Below, one piece after another: positions 30,211 to 40,399 of a DNA stretch of 64,000 bases (position 1 is the stretch's first letter; each line of letters starts with the position of its first letter). Position numbers and translations under genes: made by a program. The notes under the pieces were generated by a model. It saw only the letters and a list, made by a program, of their open reading frames with translations, was not told the DNA's origin and made no database searches. Source of the DNA: a candidate division Kazan bacterium. Its GTDB lineage: Bacteria; Patescibacteriota; Kazan-3B-28. Where the stretch lies: contig QMNG01000002.1 of NCBI GenBank assembly GCA_003647645.1, positions 1,151-65,150 on the forward strand, written 5' to 3'.

Positions 30211-30273
30211 AAAAAACAAAAAATTATTTTTTTCATCCCCTACTCTCTATACTCCATACTCTATACCCTACTC

Positions 30274-31218
30274 ATGAAATATCTAATCTTTGGTGAAGAT
30301 ACATATCGTTCCGGCAAGCAGATATCTGTTATGAAACAGAAATTTATTGATGGGTACGGGCGGGACAACTTAGTAGTAAAAAAGGGCGCCGAACTTGATG
30401 GCGTTAATTTGGAGAATATTTTATTTGCCCAAACTCTGCTGGGGGGGGATCGACTGGTAGTTTTTGAGGATGTGTTAGCCCAAGCTAGTGACGAAGTCAG
30501 GCAGGAGCTGACAAAAATTATTCAGGGTGAATTACCAAATGATTTAACGGTTGTTTTTTATGAAGCAGGAAAAGTTGACCGTCGACTTCTGCTGTTTAAA
30601 GTGCTGAACAAGTCAGCAAAGGTCGAGGAGTTTAGACCCTTGGCCAAAAGGGAGCTTGTAGGCGAAGCAAAAAACATGATGGTAGAAAAGCGTGTTATGT
30701 TATCCGATTGGCAGATGTCCGGTTTGCTGGAACGAACCAGTGATCTGTGGCAACTGCACAATGAGCTGGACAAGCTGTCCGCTTTTGGTTTGGGCAAACC
30801 GATTACTAATGAGCAATTTCAGCAGCTAGTTGGCTCTAGCGCTGATGCTAATACCTTTGCCCTTTTGGATGCAATTTCTGTTGCTGACATGCCAACAGCC
30901 AACAGAATACTAAACCAAGCGTTAAGACAGGGAGAAAACGAGATTCGGATGCTGGGTTCTATTGCTTATCAGCTGCGCAATTTGATCCGCATCAAAGATA
31001 TGAGTGAATCTGGGGTGAAACCCAACATCATAAGCCAGCGGGCGGGGATACACCCCTTCGTGGTTCAAAAAACCCTCTCACAGATTAGACATTTAAGCAG
31101 AAGGAAAATTATTAGTGCGTACCAAAAGCTGGTTAAGACCGATTGGCAAATTAAAACAGGCGTCTATAAGGCATCTGACGCTCTCGATCTATTGGTAGCT
31201 GAGCTGACCAACCGCTAA
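30274..31218 (+). CDS. holA: DNA polymerase III delta subunit
   Basis: YLIFGED, LHNELDKL, FALLDAI, GIHPFVVQK, DWQIKTG; adjacent to rpsT. Confidence 0.9.
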   Translation: MKYLIFGEDTYRSGKQISVMKQKFIDGYGRDNLVVKKGAELDGVNLENILFAQTLLGGDRLVVFEDVLAQASDEVRQELTKIIQGELPNDLTVVFYEAGKVDRRLLLFKVLNKSAKVEEFRPLAKRELVGEAKNMMVEKRVMLSDWQMSGLLERTSDLWQLHNELDKLSAFGLGKPITNEQFQQLVGSSADANTFALLDAISVADMPTANRILNQALRQGENEIRMLGSIAYQLRNLIRIKDMSESGVKPNIISQRAGIHPFVVQKTLSQIRHLSRRKIISAYQKLVKTDWQIKTGVYKASDALDLLVAELTNR

Positions 31219-31237
31219 AGATAAGCACTAAAGGATA

Positions 31238-31465
31238 TTATTTCTTGCCAATTCTGGACTTCAATCGGGCGGCTTTATTGGGGTGAATCACCCGCTTTTG
31301 GGCAGCTTTGTCCAAAGCTCTGTAGGCAGCTTTTACGTTTTCCTCACTCTTTTCAATTCGAGCCTTTTTCACGGCGGATTTATAGGCGGTTCTGTATGCC
31401 AAATTAGCTTTATGCTTTTTGGCAGAACTTCTGACCCGCTTTTTGGCTGATTTAATAATCGGCAT
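31238..31465 (-). CDS. rpsT: 30S ribosomal protein S20
   Basis: MPIIKSAKKRVR…LDKAAQKRVIHPNKAARLKSR; true start at 31465. Confidence 0.96.
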   Translation of the reverse strand: MPIIKSAKKRVRSSAKKHKANLAYRTAYKSAVKKARIEKSEENVKAAYRALDKAAQKRVIHPNKAARLKSRIGKK

Positions 31466-31684
31466 GAGTATAGGGTAATTGTTTTGCCACATTATGTAAA
31501 GTGGCTTCTTTTTCTCTGCCATTCTGTTTAAAGGAAAAATGTTTGTCGGCATAAAAGGAGAAGAATACCCATAAATCCGATGAGATATTTTTGTCCTACT
31601 AAAAGGATCTTTAAATGAATTCAGAATGACGGCACAGGCGAAGATTGACATCACTTAGTTTTTTAGGTAAGTTTGACTATTCTT

Positions 31685-32869
31685 ATGGAACAGACCCCCA
31701 AACAACAAATAGTTGAGCTTATCAAGAAGGCGCAGAATATCTTGATTGCACCCAGCCAGCCGGACGGTGATTCCCTCGGCTCATCTCTGGCTTTGCTTTT
31801 GGTGCTGAAAAAAATGGGCAAAAAGGTGTCATTGCGGATTGATGGCTCGGTTAAGCCCAGTTACCAATTTTTGCCGGGAGTTAAGAATATAAATAGTGAA
31901 GATGCCAGTGGGGCAAGAGATTTTATTATTACCCTGTCTAGCAGTACAGCCGAAGCGGAAAAGCTTTCTTATACTATGGAGGATGGCAAACTAAACATCA
32001 TTATCACGCCCAAAAAAGGCAGTTACAGGCCAGAAGATGCCAGCTTCAAACAAGGTCAGCCCAAATATGATATCATCATTGTTCTTGACGCAGCTGTTCT
32101 GACTCAACTTGGAGAAACCTACAGTCAGTCCCCCGCTCTGTTTAAAGAAGTGCCGGTGATCAATATTGACCACCATGCCAGCAATTCATTTTTTGGCACG
32201 GTTAATTTGGTCGATATGACTTCTAGCTCAACTGCCGAAATTTTAATCGGCTTAATTGAGGCGTTGGGCAGTGATTTAATTAACGAAGATGTGGCTACCT
32301 GTCTGTTGACTGGAATCATTGCTGATACCGGATCCTTCCAAAATGCTAATACTAGTCCCAAGTCATTGACAGTAGCCGCTCAGATGGTGGGGTTTGGAGC
32401 CCGCCATCAGGAGATTATTAAAAATTTGTTTAAGACCAAAACTCTACCTACTCTCAAGTTGTGGGGGCAGGTATTGTCTGGTGTTCAGGTGGACGCGGAG
32501 AAAAAATTTGCCTGGGGCGTAGCCAGTTTACAGGACTTGAAAGCTTCGGGTGCCACTAAAGAAGATTTTGCCGGTTTAATTGATAGTTTAATGACCAGTA
32601 TCCCAGGCGTGGAAGTAGTTTTGCTTCTCACCGAAAGAGAGCCAAATATAATTTATGGCAGCATCAGAACAACCAAAGGAGTTGACGCGGTAGAGATTGC
32701 TAATTTGTTCGGCGGTGGTGGACATCCGGGAGCGGCAGCTTTCCAAATGTTGGATATGACCATTGATCAGGCTCTCCCCATAGTCATAGAGAAAATAAGT
32801 GCATATCAATCCGATAGATTGGCTCTAAAATCAGCTCCACAGGAAGAAAAAATTACTTCCACAGCATAA
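31685..32869 (+). CDS. DHH/DHHA1 phosphoesterase (NrnA-like)
   Basis: PDGDSLGS, NIDHH, GIIADTGSF, GGGGHPGAA. Confidence 0.9.
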   Translation: MEQTPKQQIVELIKKAQNILIAPSQPDGDSLGSSLALLLVLKKMGKKVSLRIDGSVKPSYQFLPGVKNINSEDASGARDFIITLSSSTAEAEKLSYTMEDGKLNIIITPKKGSYRPEDASFKQGQPKYDIIIVLDAAVLTQLGETYSQSPALFKEVPVINIDHHASNSFFGTVNLVDMTSSSTAEILIGLIEALGSDLINEDVATCLLTGIIADTGSFQNANTSPKSLTVAAQMVGFGARHQEIIKNLFKTKTLPTLKLWGQVLSGVQVDAEKKFAWGVASLQDLKASGATKEDFAGLIDSLMTSIPGVEVVLLLTEREPNIIYGSIRTTKGVDAVEIANLFGGGGHPGAAAFQMLDMTIDQALPIVIEKISAYQSDRLALKSAPQEEKITSTA

Positions 32870-32936
32870 AAATCCCCAATTTCCCCCATTGATTTATGAT
32901 AGATATTATGCTAACATCTAGAGGTGTTAAAATTTT

Positions 32937-33206
32937 ATGAGTATTAAAACTACAAAGAAAAAGAAAATCATTAGCGAACATCAGTCCCATGAAAAGGATA
33001 CTGGTTCTACAGAAGTGCAAATAGCGCTTTTAACCGCTAAGATTAACGAGTTGACAAAACATCTCAAGACCCACAGCAAAGATTTGCATTCCAGAAGGGG
33101 GTTGTTTAAGATGGTTGGCAACAGGCGTCGTCTGTTGGCGCATTTAGAACAAACTAATTTGAAACTATATAATAGTTTGGTTAAAAAATTAAAAATTAGG
33201 AAATAG
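32937..33206 (+). CDS. rpsO: 30S ribosomal protein S15
   Basis: [22 protein letters not shown]. Confidence 0.98.
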   Translation: MSIKTTKKKKIISEHQSHEKDTGSTEVQIALLTAKINELTKHLKTHSKDLHSRRGLFKMVGNRRRLLAHLEQTNLKLYNSLVKKLKIRK

Positions 33207-33217
33207 AAAACTTTATT

Positions 33218-33340
33218 TGAGACAAGAGAGTGAAGTCAGAAGTAAGCGCATATGCGACCACCGACTATATTCCAAGCTTTGTTCTAAGATCCTCCATTTG
33301 CTTTTGCTCCTGGCTTTACTATCGCTCTCCTTCAATCTCA
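33218..33340 (+). promoter_or_regulatory. Long imperfect hairpin in the pnp 5' leader
   Basis: TGAGA/TCTCA, GAGAGTG/CGCTCTC, AAGTCAG-AGTAAG/TTTGCT-CTGGCTT, GCATATG/CATTTGC nested arms. Confidence 0.6.
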
Positions 33341-33381
33341 TTGGTTGTTTCTCTGTTTCCTGATAGGAAAGGAGCAAGGTC

Positions 33382-35472
33382 ATGGAAAAATTTGTAACTA
33401 CGCTTGGAGATACCAAGCTTGAAGTGGAAACCGGTAAGCTGGCTGTACTGGCGTCTGGTTCTGTAACCTTGCGCATGGGCGATACGGTTATTTTAGCAAC
33501 CGCTGTTATGTCTCCTAAGCCGCGGGAAGACGTTGACTTTTTCCCCCTGCTCATAGATTTTGAAGAGAGGATGTATGCTGCCGGTAAGATATCGGGCAGT
33601 CGGTTTATCAAAAGAGAGGGCCGTCCCTCTGAAGAAGCTATTTTGTCTGCCCGCCTGATTGACCGGCCAATCCGTCCTCTTTTTCCCAAGGGATTTTACA
33701 ACGATGTTCAGATAGTTCTGACAATATTGTCTGTGGACATGGTCAATGATCCCGATGTGCTGGCAATTACTGCCGCGTCTGCCGCTCTTATGCAGGTCGG
33801 CTCCCCTTTTCAGGGACCGGTCGCCGGAGTGCGAGTTGGGTATGTCGATGGCAAATATATATTGAATCCAACTTATGAACAGCGGGAAAAGAGCAAACTC
33901 GACCTAGTCGTCGCCGGAACGCGTGATGCCATCATGATGGTAGAAGCCGGCGCCAACGAAGTTAGCGAAGATATTATTTTGGAAGGAATCGAATTTGGCC
34001 ATAAAGGCATGCAGCCGCTCATTACCATGCAGGAGGATATGGCTAAACAGATGGATGTAGCACAAGGTCAGCATGAAATATCCAAAACCCCTAAAGATCT
34101 TGAAACTCAGATATTTGATGACATCAAAACTGCCATAAGCGATGCTGTTTATCACCAGGACAAGACTATTCGTAGCGCTAAAATGGAGGAACTTCAAGCC
34201 CGGGCGATCGAAAAATTTGCTACAGAAGAGACGCCCGAAGCTGTGGTGGCCGGCATAGTAAATAAGATTATTGGCGAAGAGGTCCGCCGCAATATTTTGG
34301 AGCATGATAGGCGGCCAGACGGCAGAAAGCCCGATGAAATTCGTCCGTTAAAGATGGAGGTGAAGCTCTTACCCCGAACCCACGGTTCAGCTATATTTAC
34401 CCGGGGCGAAACCCAGGCTTTATCTACAGTTACCCTGGGCTCTTTAGACGATGAACAAATACTAGACACGATGGAGCAGGATACTACCAAGCGATATATG
34501 CATCACTATAATTTTCCTCCCTTTGCTACCAATGAAGTCAGGCCGATGCGTTCGACAAACCGGCGTGAAATTGGTCACGGAGCTTTGGCCGAGAGGGCCT
34601 TGCTTCCAGTCATTCCAAGCAGATTAGATTTTCCCTACACCATCCGAGTAGTATCAGAAATTTTATCCAGCAACGGCAGCAGTTCAATGGCATCTGTCTG
34701 CGGCAGTACTCTTTCTTTGATGGACGCTGGTGTACCGATCAAAAAACCAATTGCCGGTATTGCTATGGGATTAATTACTGATGGCAATAAATATAAAATC
34801 CTTACCGACATTGCCGGCATTGAAGATTTTAATGGTGATATGGATTTCAAAGTGGCAGGCAGTCGTGATGGAATTACTGCGTTGCAAATGGATATCAAGG
34901 TGGCTGGTATCACTCCCCAAATTATGAAAGACGCTTTGGCCAAGGCCAAAACTGCCAGGTATATACTGCTCGATGAAATGGCAAAGGTGATTGCTGAACC
35001 CAGAAAGGAACTTTCACCTTACGCTCCCCGAGTAATTACCGTTAAAGTTCCCGTCGATAAGATTGGTGATGTTATTGGGCCAGGCGGCAAAATTATTAAT
35101 GAAATTATTGAAAAAGCCGGCGGCAAAGCAGTGACTAACATCAGCATTGAAGATGATGGAAGTACATTCATTACATCAACTGACGCAAAGTTGGGCGAAG
35201 AGGCTGCGCAAACTATTCGCCAGATGGTGCGTGAAATTAGGCCGGGAGAAAGATTCACTGGTAAGGTCGTAAAAATAACCGACTTTGGTGCTTTTGTAGA
35301 GCTTACTCCAGGCCATGATGGTTTGGTCCATATTTCAGAACTTTCTAACAAGCGGGTTAACAGAGTGGAAGACGTTGTCAAAGAGGGCGATTATCTCGAG
35401 GTTGTAGTTAAAGAAGTAGATAAAATGGGACGTATTAATCTATCTCACAAAGATACACTCAATAAAAAGTAG
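33382..35472 (+). CDS. pnp: Polyribonucleotide nucleotidyltransferase
   Basis: [44 protein letters not shown] and S1 domains. Confidence 0.98.
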   Translation: MEKFVTTLGDTKLEVETGKLAVLASGSVTLRMGDTVILATAVMSPKPREDVDFFPLLIDFEERMYAAGKISGSRFIKREGRPSEEAILSARLIDRPIRPLFPKGFYNDVQIVLTILSVDMVNDPDVLAITAASAALMQVGSPFQGPVAGVRVGYVDGKYILNPTYEQREKSKLDLVVAGTRDAIMMVEAGANEVSEDIILEGIEFGHKGMQPLITMQEDMAKQMDVAQGQHEISKTPKDLETQIFDDIKTAISDAVYHQDKTIRSAKMEELQARAIEKFATEETPEAVVAGIVNKIIGEEVRRNILEHDRRPDGRKPDEIRPLKMEVKLLPRTHGSAIFTRGETQALSTVTLGSLDDEQILDTMEQDTTKRYMHHYNFPPFATNEVRPMRSTNRREIGHGALAERALLPVIPSRLDFPYTIRVVSEILSSNGSSSMASVCGSTLSLMDAGVPIKKPIAGIAMGLITDGNKYKILTDIAGIEDFNGDMDFKVAGSRDGITALQMDIKVAGITPQIMKDALAKAKTARYILLDEMAKVIAEPRKELSPYAPRVITVKVPVDKIGDVIGPGGKIINEIIEKAGGKAVTNISIEDDGSTFITSTDAKLGEEAAQTIRQMVREIRPGERFTGKVVKITDFGAFVELTPGHDGLVHISELSNKRVNRVEDVVKEGDYLEVVVKEVDKMGRINLSHKDTLNKK

Positions 35473-35476
35473 GGTT

Positions 35477-35731
35477 ATGCAGTGCCCCAATTGTGGACAT
35501 GAAAATAAACCGGATAATATTTTCTGTGTAAAGTGCGCAACGGTTATTAAAAATAGGCCTCGTCTAGAGAGGGTTAAACATGCATTTATGCCTCCCCAGA
35601 ACGAGCACGTGGTGGACCCTCGCACGGTCCGATTTAGTAAACCATCTATGCCACGGAGTAAAATTGATTGGAGCTGGGTGTTATTAGGTGTTGCCTTATT
35701 TGCTCTGTTGTTATTTTTAATCTACGGATAG
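35477..35731 (+). CDS. Zinc-ribbon protein with C-terminal TM helix
   Basis: CPNCG…FCVKC; hydrophobic C-terminus. Confidence 0.75.
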   Translation: MQCPNCGHENKPDNIFCVKCATVIKNRPRLERVKHAFMPPQNEHVVDPRTVRFSKPSMPRSKIDWSWVLLGVALFALLLFLIYG

Positions 35732-35755
35732 AGCATAGAGGATAGAGAGGCATAT

Positions 35756-35818
35756 TGTCTGAGCGAAGTCGAAGATTTACTTTACTGTTGTTCCCGTGCA
35801 GATGGGAATCCAGAAAAG
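35756..35818. repeat. Degenerate second copy of the composite REP-like element
   Basis: TGTCTGAGCGAAGTCGAAGA followed by TTCCCGTGCAGATGGGAATCCAGAAAAG. Confidence 0.65.
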
Positions 35819-35866
35819 GACAAAAAACATTTACTCTAAATTTTAAATTCTAAGCTCTAATTTAAT

Positions 35867-36475
35867 ATGGATAGACAAGCTGAATTTGAAAAACTAGTGC
35901 AGGATATTAAAGAACATACTTGTTCTCTCAGGGCAGGCTGTATCCAAGCAGTTCCCGGTGATGGTAACATCAATAGTCCGGTTATGTTTATCGGTGAAGG
36001 GCCAGGCCGAGTTGAGGATGAGCAAGGCAAACCATTTGTTGGTCCGGCTGGCAAACTTTGGGAAGAAGCCATTGGTAATCTAGGTTGGAAGCGCGAAGAT
36101 GTTTACATCACAAATGTAATAAAGTGCCGTCCGCCTAATAACCGCGATCCCCTTGCTTCAGAGGTTGAAGAACACAAGCCGTTTTTGGAACGGGAGCTAG
36201 AAATTATTAAACCCAAATTAATTGTGCTATTAGGCCGCCATGCAATGCAGTGGTTTTTGCCGGGCGAAAAAATTTCAGCCATTCGAGGTACAGCCAAGCG
36301 CCGAGGGGGAAGGATATATTTTGTTGTCTATCACCCAGCTGCCGCATTATATGACCCAAAACTGAAGAGTGTGTTGATGGCAGATTTCAAAAAGATACCT
36401 ATACTGTTGAAGAAGATAGATAAACTGCCTCCCATTGAAGAAACCAAGAAAGAGATTCAGGCAATATTATTTTAA
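35867..36475 (+). CDS. Uracil-DNA glycosylase, family 4
   Basis: FIGEGPG…ED…PFVGPAG, YITNVIKCRPPNNRDP, YHPAAAL. Confidence 0.93.
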   Translation: MDRQAEFEKLVQDIKEHTCSLRAGCIQAVPGDGNINSPVMFIGEGPGRVEDEQGKPFVGPAGKLWEEAIGNLGWKREDVYITNVIKCRPPNNRDPLASEVEEHKPFLERELEIIKPKLIVLLGRHAMQWFLPGEKISAIRGTAKRRGGRIYFVVYHPAAALYDPKLKSVLMADFKKIPILLKKIDKLPPIEETKKEIQAILF

Positions 36476-36488
36476 AGGACTCAAATAG

Positions 36489-38201
36489 ATGAGAAATAAA
36501 AAAGGGCAAAAAGCCCAAAAAATATTTCCCCGGCAGTCGTCAGGGTCAGCTTTAAAGATCATTCCTTTAGGCGGAGTCGGCGAAATGGGCAAAAACATGA
36601 TTGCAGTTGAGTGCGGCGACGATATTGTAGTTATTGAGTGCGGGCTTATGTTCCCTGACGAAACTATGCTGGGAATTGATAAGATTATTCCCGATGTTAC
36701 CTATTTGGAGCAAAACAAGAAAAAACTTCGCGGTTTTGTAATCACTCACGGACACGAGGATCATACGGGAGCCATACCCTATATCGTTCCTAAGCTGGGC
36801 GCACCGGTGTTTGCTCCCAAACTGGCGGCGGCGTTAATAAAAACTAATCTAGAGGAATTTCCCAATGCCAAAGGCGTCAAGATAAATACCTACAAACCAA
36901 ATGATAAAATTCGTCTGGGCAGATTCACGGTGTCGTTTTTTAGGGTAAATCACAGCATCCCGGATTCATTTGGAATTATTATTGATACGCCAGAGGGACG
37001 GATTCTGCACACCGGTGATTTTAAGTTCGACCCAACTCCTCCGGACGGGATTAAAGCCGATTATGATAAGCTAAAAAAAATTGGCAAGGAACGCCCGCTT
37101 CTACTAATGAGTGAAAGCACTAATGTTCACCATCCCGGCCGGACGCCGTCTGAGCAGGTGATCATAGATGTTTTTATGGACATTTTTGCTAAAACAAGGG
37201 GGCGGTTGATCGTCTCCTCATTTGCCTCCAGAATTGACAGAATGCAGCATGTGGTCGCTGCGGCCGTTAAGTATAAACGCAAAATTGCTATTGCTGGTCG
37301 AAGCATGATTAAGTATTTTGATGCTGCCCGCAAGCTTGGCTATATAAAATATCCCAAGGATATTTTGATTCGCCTAAACCAGATCAAGAATTACCCAGAT
37401 CATCAAATAGTGATTCTCAGCACTGGCAGCCAAGGTCAGGAAGGCTCGGCTCTACAACGGATGGCGTTTGGTGAGCACAAGCAGGTAAAGATCAAAAAGG
37501 GTGATACAGTTATTGTTTCCTCCTCCCCCATTCCTGGAAACGAGAATTCAATTAATGCAGTAATTAATAACCTGTGTCGGGTTGGTGCGGATGTCATTTT
37601 TGACAAAATTATGCAGGTTCACGTTACGGGGCATGCCTATCGAGACGAGATGAAGATGATGCTGGAAATGGTGAAACCGAAATTCTTTATTCCGGTTCAT
37701 GGCGATTACCACATGCTGGTGGCTCACAGCAAATTAGCAGCAGAAACCGGAGTTAATCCCAATAATATTTTTGTTATTGAAGACGGCGATGTGGTTGAGT
37801 TCAAAAAAAGCAAGGCCCATAAAGCCAAACAACGAGTGCATGTCGGCTCTATATTGGTAGATGGTTTGGGGGTTGGAGATGTTAAAGAGATTGTACTGCG
37901 CGACAGGAAAACTATGGGAGCTGAAGGAGTGGTGATGATCGTTGTCATAGTTAACAAAAAAGGTAAATTGATCGGTAATCCTGACATTATCTCGCGGGGA
38001 TTTGTTTATATGCGGGATAATACTAAAATGATTGGCAAAACCCGTGATTACATCAAGCGAGTATTTGAAAAACACACTAGCAACAAGCTGCCTGACGATT
38101 GGACCAATATAAAAACTAAACTCCGAGAAAGTGTTGGTGACTATCTGTTTAAGGAAACTGAGCGTCGGCCGTTAATTCTGCCAATAGTGATCGAGGTTTA
38201 G
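36489..38201 (+). CDS. rnj: Ribonuclease J
   Basis: PLGGVGEMGKN, THGHEDH, HSIPD, HTGDFKFD, HVTGHA, PVHG, RRPLILP. Confidence 0.97.
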   Translation: MRNKKGQKAQKIFPRQSSGSALKIIPLGGVGEMGKNMIAVECGDDIVVIECGLMFPDETMLGIDKIIPDVTYLEQNKKKLRGFVITHGHEDHTGAIPYIVPKLGAPVFAPKLAAALIKTNLEEFPNAKGVKINTYKPNDKIRLGRFTVSFFRVNHSIPDSFGIIIDTPEGRILHTGDFKFDPTPPDGIKADYDKLKKIGKERPLLLMSESTNVHHPGRTPSEQVIIDVFMDIFAKTRGRLIVSSFASRIDRMQHVVAAAVKYKRKIAIAGRSMIKYFDAARKLGYIKYPKDILIRLNQIKNYPDHQIVILSTGSQGQEGSALQRMAFGEHKQVKIKKGDTVIVSSSPIPGNENSINAVINNLCRVGADVIFDKIMQVHVTGHAYRDEMKMMLEMVKPKFFIPVHGDYHMLVAHSKLAAETGVNPNNIFVIEDGDVVEFKKSKAHKAKQRVHVGSILVDGLGVGDVKEIVLRDRKTMGAEGVVMIVVIVNKKGKLIGNPDIISRGFVYMRDNTKMIGKTRDYIKRVFEKHTSNKLPDDWTNIKTKLRESVGDYLFKETERRPLILPIVIEV

Positions 38202-40297
38202 GCAGCCCTTAACCCAGCCCCTCCGGTTTTATTGTCTTCATCATCTTTGAGATGCATTTTTTCTTTTGCTTCATCTGGCGACAGGGAAGGAGTTTTTTTA
38301 TACCTTCGTATCCACTTTTGTCTCCATTTGATAACTTTATTGCGTACTCTTCCAATAGTTTCTTCATCGCTTAATGTACTTGTCCAAGGTGCTGATTTAT
38401 CTTTTAGTACTTTTTCAATATATTTATTGCCTTTTTTACTAGGATTCCAGTCTAGTAGTTTTCCTGCAATTTTTATCCAATCTTCTTGGCTATAAGAACT
38501 TGGTAACCAACTTAGTACTTCTTCAAGAGCGTTTTTCAAATCTCTCGCAGGACCAATTAATGTTTCCTCTTTATTATTTTCCAAATATTGCGATTCTTTT
38601 TCATATAATTTATGAAGTTCTTGCCTAGTATTCTTAATTTTTTCTTGATCTTTTTCGGATACTTCTATTGGTTTGTATTCTTTGTATTGTTTGTTTCGCT
38701 CATCTCTCCCCCAATCGCTTCCGCTCCATGCTTCTGTTCCCATTCTCGGCAACATTCGCCTCCACCCCTCGGGGTTATCTATAATCATATGCTTCATGCT
38801 GGGCATTTTTTGTTCGCTTTTTGCTATCTGCTGAACATTTTCTAAATGTGTTAGTTCATGTACGGCTGCTTTGCGTCTCAAAAACTTGATGTATGGACTA
38901 GTGTCAACGGTTTGCATACGCTTTACGCTATCTCGTTTTTTTGCAATTTCTCCCGTGATGGTATTTCTTTCAGCCGCTGCTGATCTACGAAGACCACTGA
39001 GAAACTGTCTTTGTGTTTCGATCTCCTCTTCAAGTTTGCCAACTGCTTTTGTGCCTGGAATTGTTTCATCTGGTTCGTTTTCAGATAATCTTGGCTTTAC
39101 TTTTCCGGGTTCTCCAAATTTTTGAATTTTAGCTTGTTTAAGACGGTGATAAGCCACAACTGCCCGCTTTAGATCTGTGTTGAAAGCTTTTTTCAATCCC
39201 CGGTTGTAGTCTTTTTTAAGCTGTCCTTTAAGAATCTCGGCTTGAGGTCTGTGTTGTCGATTGTAAAGCTCATTTAACTCGTCTTCGATTTCTTGTAGTT
39301 CTTTGTAGCCAAGTTCATTTCGAGCTTGTTCATATTCTGCATCAATATCTATTCGTTTAGTTTTTTCAGATCTAAGTATTTCCCCTTTTTTATTTCTCTT
39401 GAGTGGTTTGCCATTTCCATCCGCAAGACCAGTCACAATATCATTGATCTCCTCTTCCTTTTCAGTTAGCCAATCTCCGGGTTTGACAATCGGCTTTTCT
39501 CTCTCTCCCCCTTTATTTGCAGCAGATTTAAATTCAGTTCCAACATCGCCAATAACTAAAATGCTTGTCTCACCATTTTTGCCAGTATTTTGGTCAAAAA
39601 TTGTTTTTACACTCTCTTCGGAGAAATCTAGATACTCTATTGCTTCATCTTGATTTTTAGCGGGATCAATAAATAGCAAGTGGTTCTTGTATACTCGTAA
39701 CGTTTTAGCATGCTTTTGGCTATCCGGTTGAACAGTGAAGACTATAGCACTGTTGTCATTCTGCAGCTCTTCAAAAAGCTGTTGAGCATCTGAGGGCTTC
39801 ATTACCTCAAGAGGAGATTGTTCAAGAAACTTTTCAGCACCCGCTATGCTCATACCCTTTTTGGGATTGTAGATCCCTCGTCTACCGGCCCACTTGGCAA
39901 ACAATTTTTCAATGGTTTGTCGTTCTTCTGTTCGTCTTGTGGGATTTCCCGCTAAATCTTTCAAGCTCTCTATTCCGTTGATAATCGCTGCTAGCACACA
40001 GCTCTTGGAATCGTTTTGTTTATAAAAAGAATTTTTGATCTCTGTTATATCTTCAGGGGAGAGTCTTTCTGTAACTGAAAATTTCTCTCGCTGTTTTTTA
40101 GCAGCAGCCTCGTCCATATTTGGCGTTTCAGTACCGATAGTTTCATCAATTGGACCGTCTTCAAATTCAATAGGATTTTCCTTCTCATCAGATGCAGATG
40201 TTTCATCTGATTTTTTTCTTTTTCGGCCAAAACGCTCCTCAATCCCCCGGGTCGAATAAGGATTTATCTTTTCTGGTTGTGTATTTTCTTCTTCCAT
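38198..40297 (-). CDS. Large orphan charged protein with a putative papain/C39-like peptidase domain and coiled-coil region
   Basis: ~700-aa ORF; likely start MEEEN at 40297 downstream of a perfect promoter; KQNDSKSC…KHAKTL…FIDPA. Confidence 0.7.
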   Translation of the reverse strand: MEEENTQPEKINPYSTRGIEERFGRKRKKSDETSASDEKENPIEFEDGPIDETIGTETPNMDEAAAKKQREKFSVTERLSPEDITEIKNSFYKQNDSKSCVLAAIINGIESLKDLAGNPTRRTEERQTIEKLFAKWAGRRGIYNPKKGMSIAGAEKFLEQSPLEVMKPSDAQQLFEELQNDNSAIVFTVQPDSQKHAKTLRVYKNHLLFIDPAKNQDEAIEYLDFSEESVKTIFDQNTGKNGETSILVIGDVGTEFKSAANKGGEREKPIVKPGDWLTEKEEEINDIVTGLADGNGKPLKRNKKGEILRSEKTKRIDIDAEYEQARNELGYKELQEIEDELNELYNRQHRPQAEILKGQLKKDYNRGLKKAFNTDLKRAVVAYHRLKQAKIQKFGEPGKVKPRLSENEPDETIPGTKAVGKLEEEIETQRQFLSGLRRSAAAERNTITGEIAKKRDSVKRMQTVDTSPYIKFLRRKAAVHELTHLENVQQIAKSEQKMPSMKHMIIDNPEGWRRMLPRMGTEAWSGSDWGRDERNKQYKEYKPIEVSEKDQEKIKNTRQELHKLYEKESQYLENNKEETLIGPARDLKNALEEVLSWLPSSYSQEDWIKIAGKLLDWNPSKKGNKYIEKVLKDKSAPWTSTLSDEETIGRVRNKVIKWRQKWIRRYKKTPSLSPDEAKEKMHLKDDEDNKTGGAGLRAA

Positions 40298-40319
40298 ATG
40301 TAAATAGAACCGTTTTATT

Positions 40320-40348
40320 ATTATAACATACCTAATATTGTTTGTCAA
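40320..40348 (-). promoter_or_regulatory. Perfect sigma70 promoter TTGACA-17-TATAAT (with TG extension)
   Basis: Exact consensus on the minus strand upstream of ATG 40297. Confidence 0.82.
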
Positions 40349-40370
40349 CTAATATTTAAATAAAAAATAA

Positions 40371-40395
40371 GGGGGAGATAACTCCCCCTGTTTTT
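40371..40395. terminator. Intrinsic terminator
   Basis: GGGGGAG-ATAA-CTCCCCC with A and T tracts on both sides. Confidence 0.75.
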
Positions 40396-40399
40396 TACA

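Noticed and set aside
31466..31654. N-terminal extension of rpsT in the ORF track
   Set aside because: S20 homology starts at MPIIKSAKK (31465); the upstream part is the promoter region.
33213..33689. 158-aa minus-strand ORF over the pnp start
   Set aside because: Antisense to pnp and its leader; no motifs.
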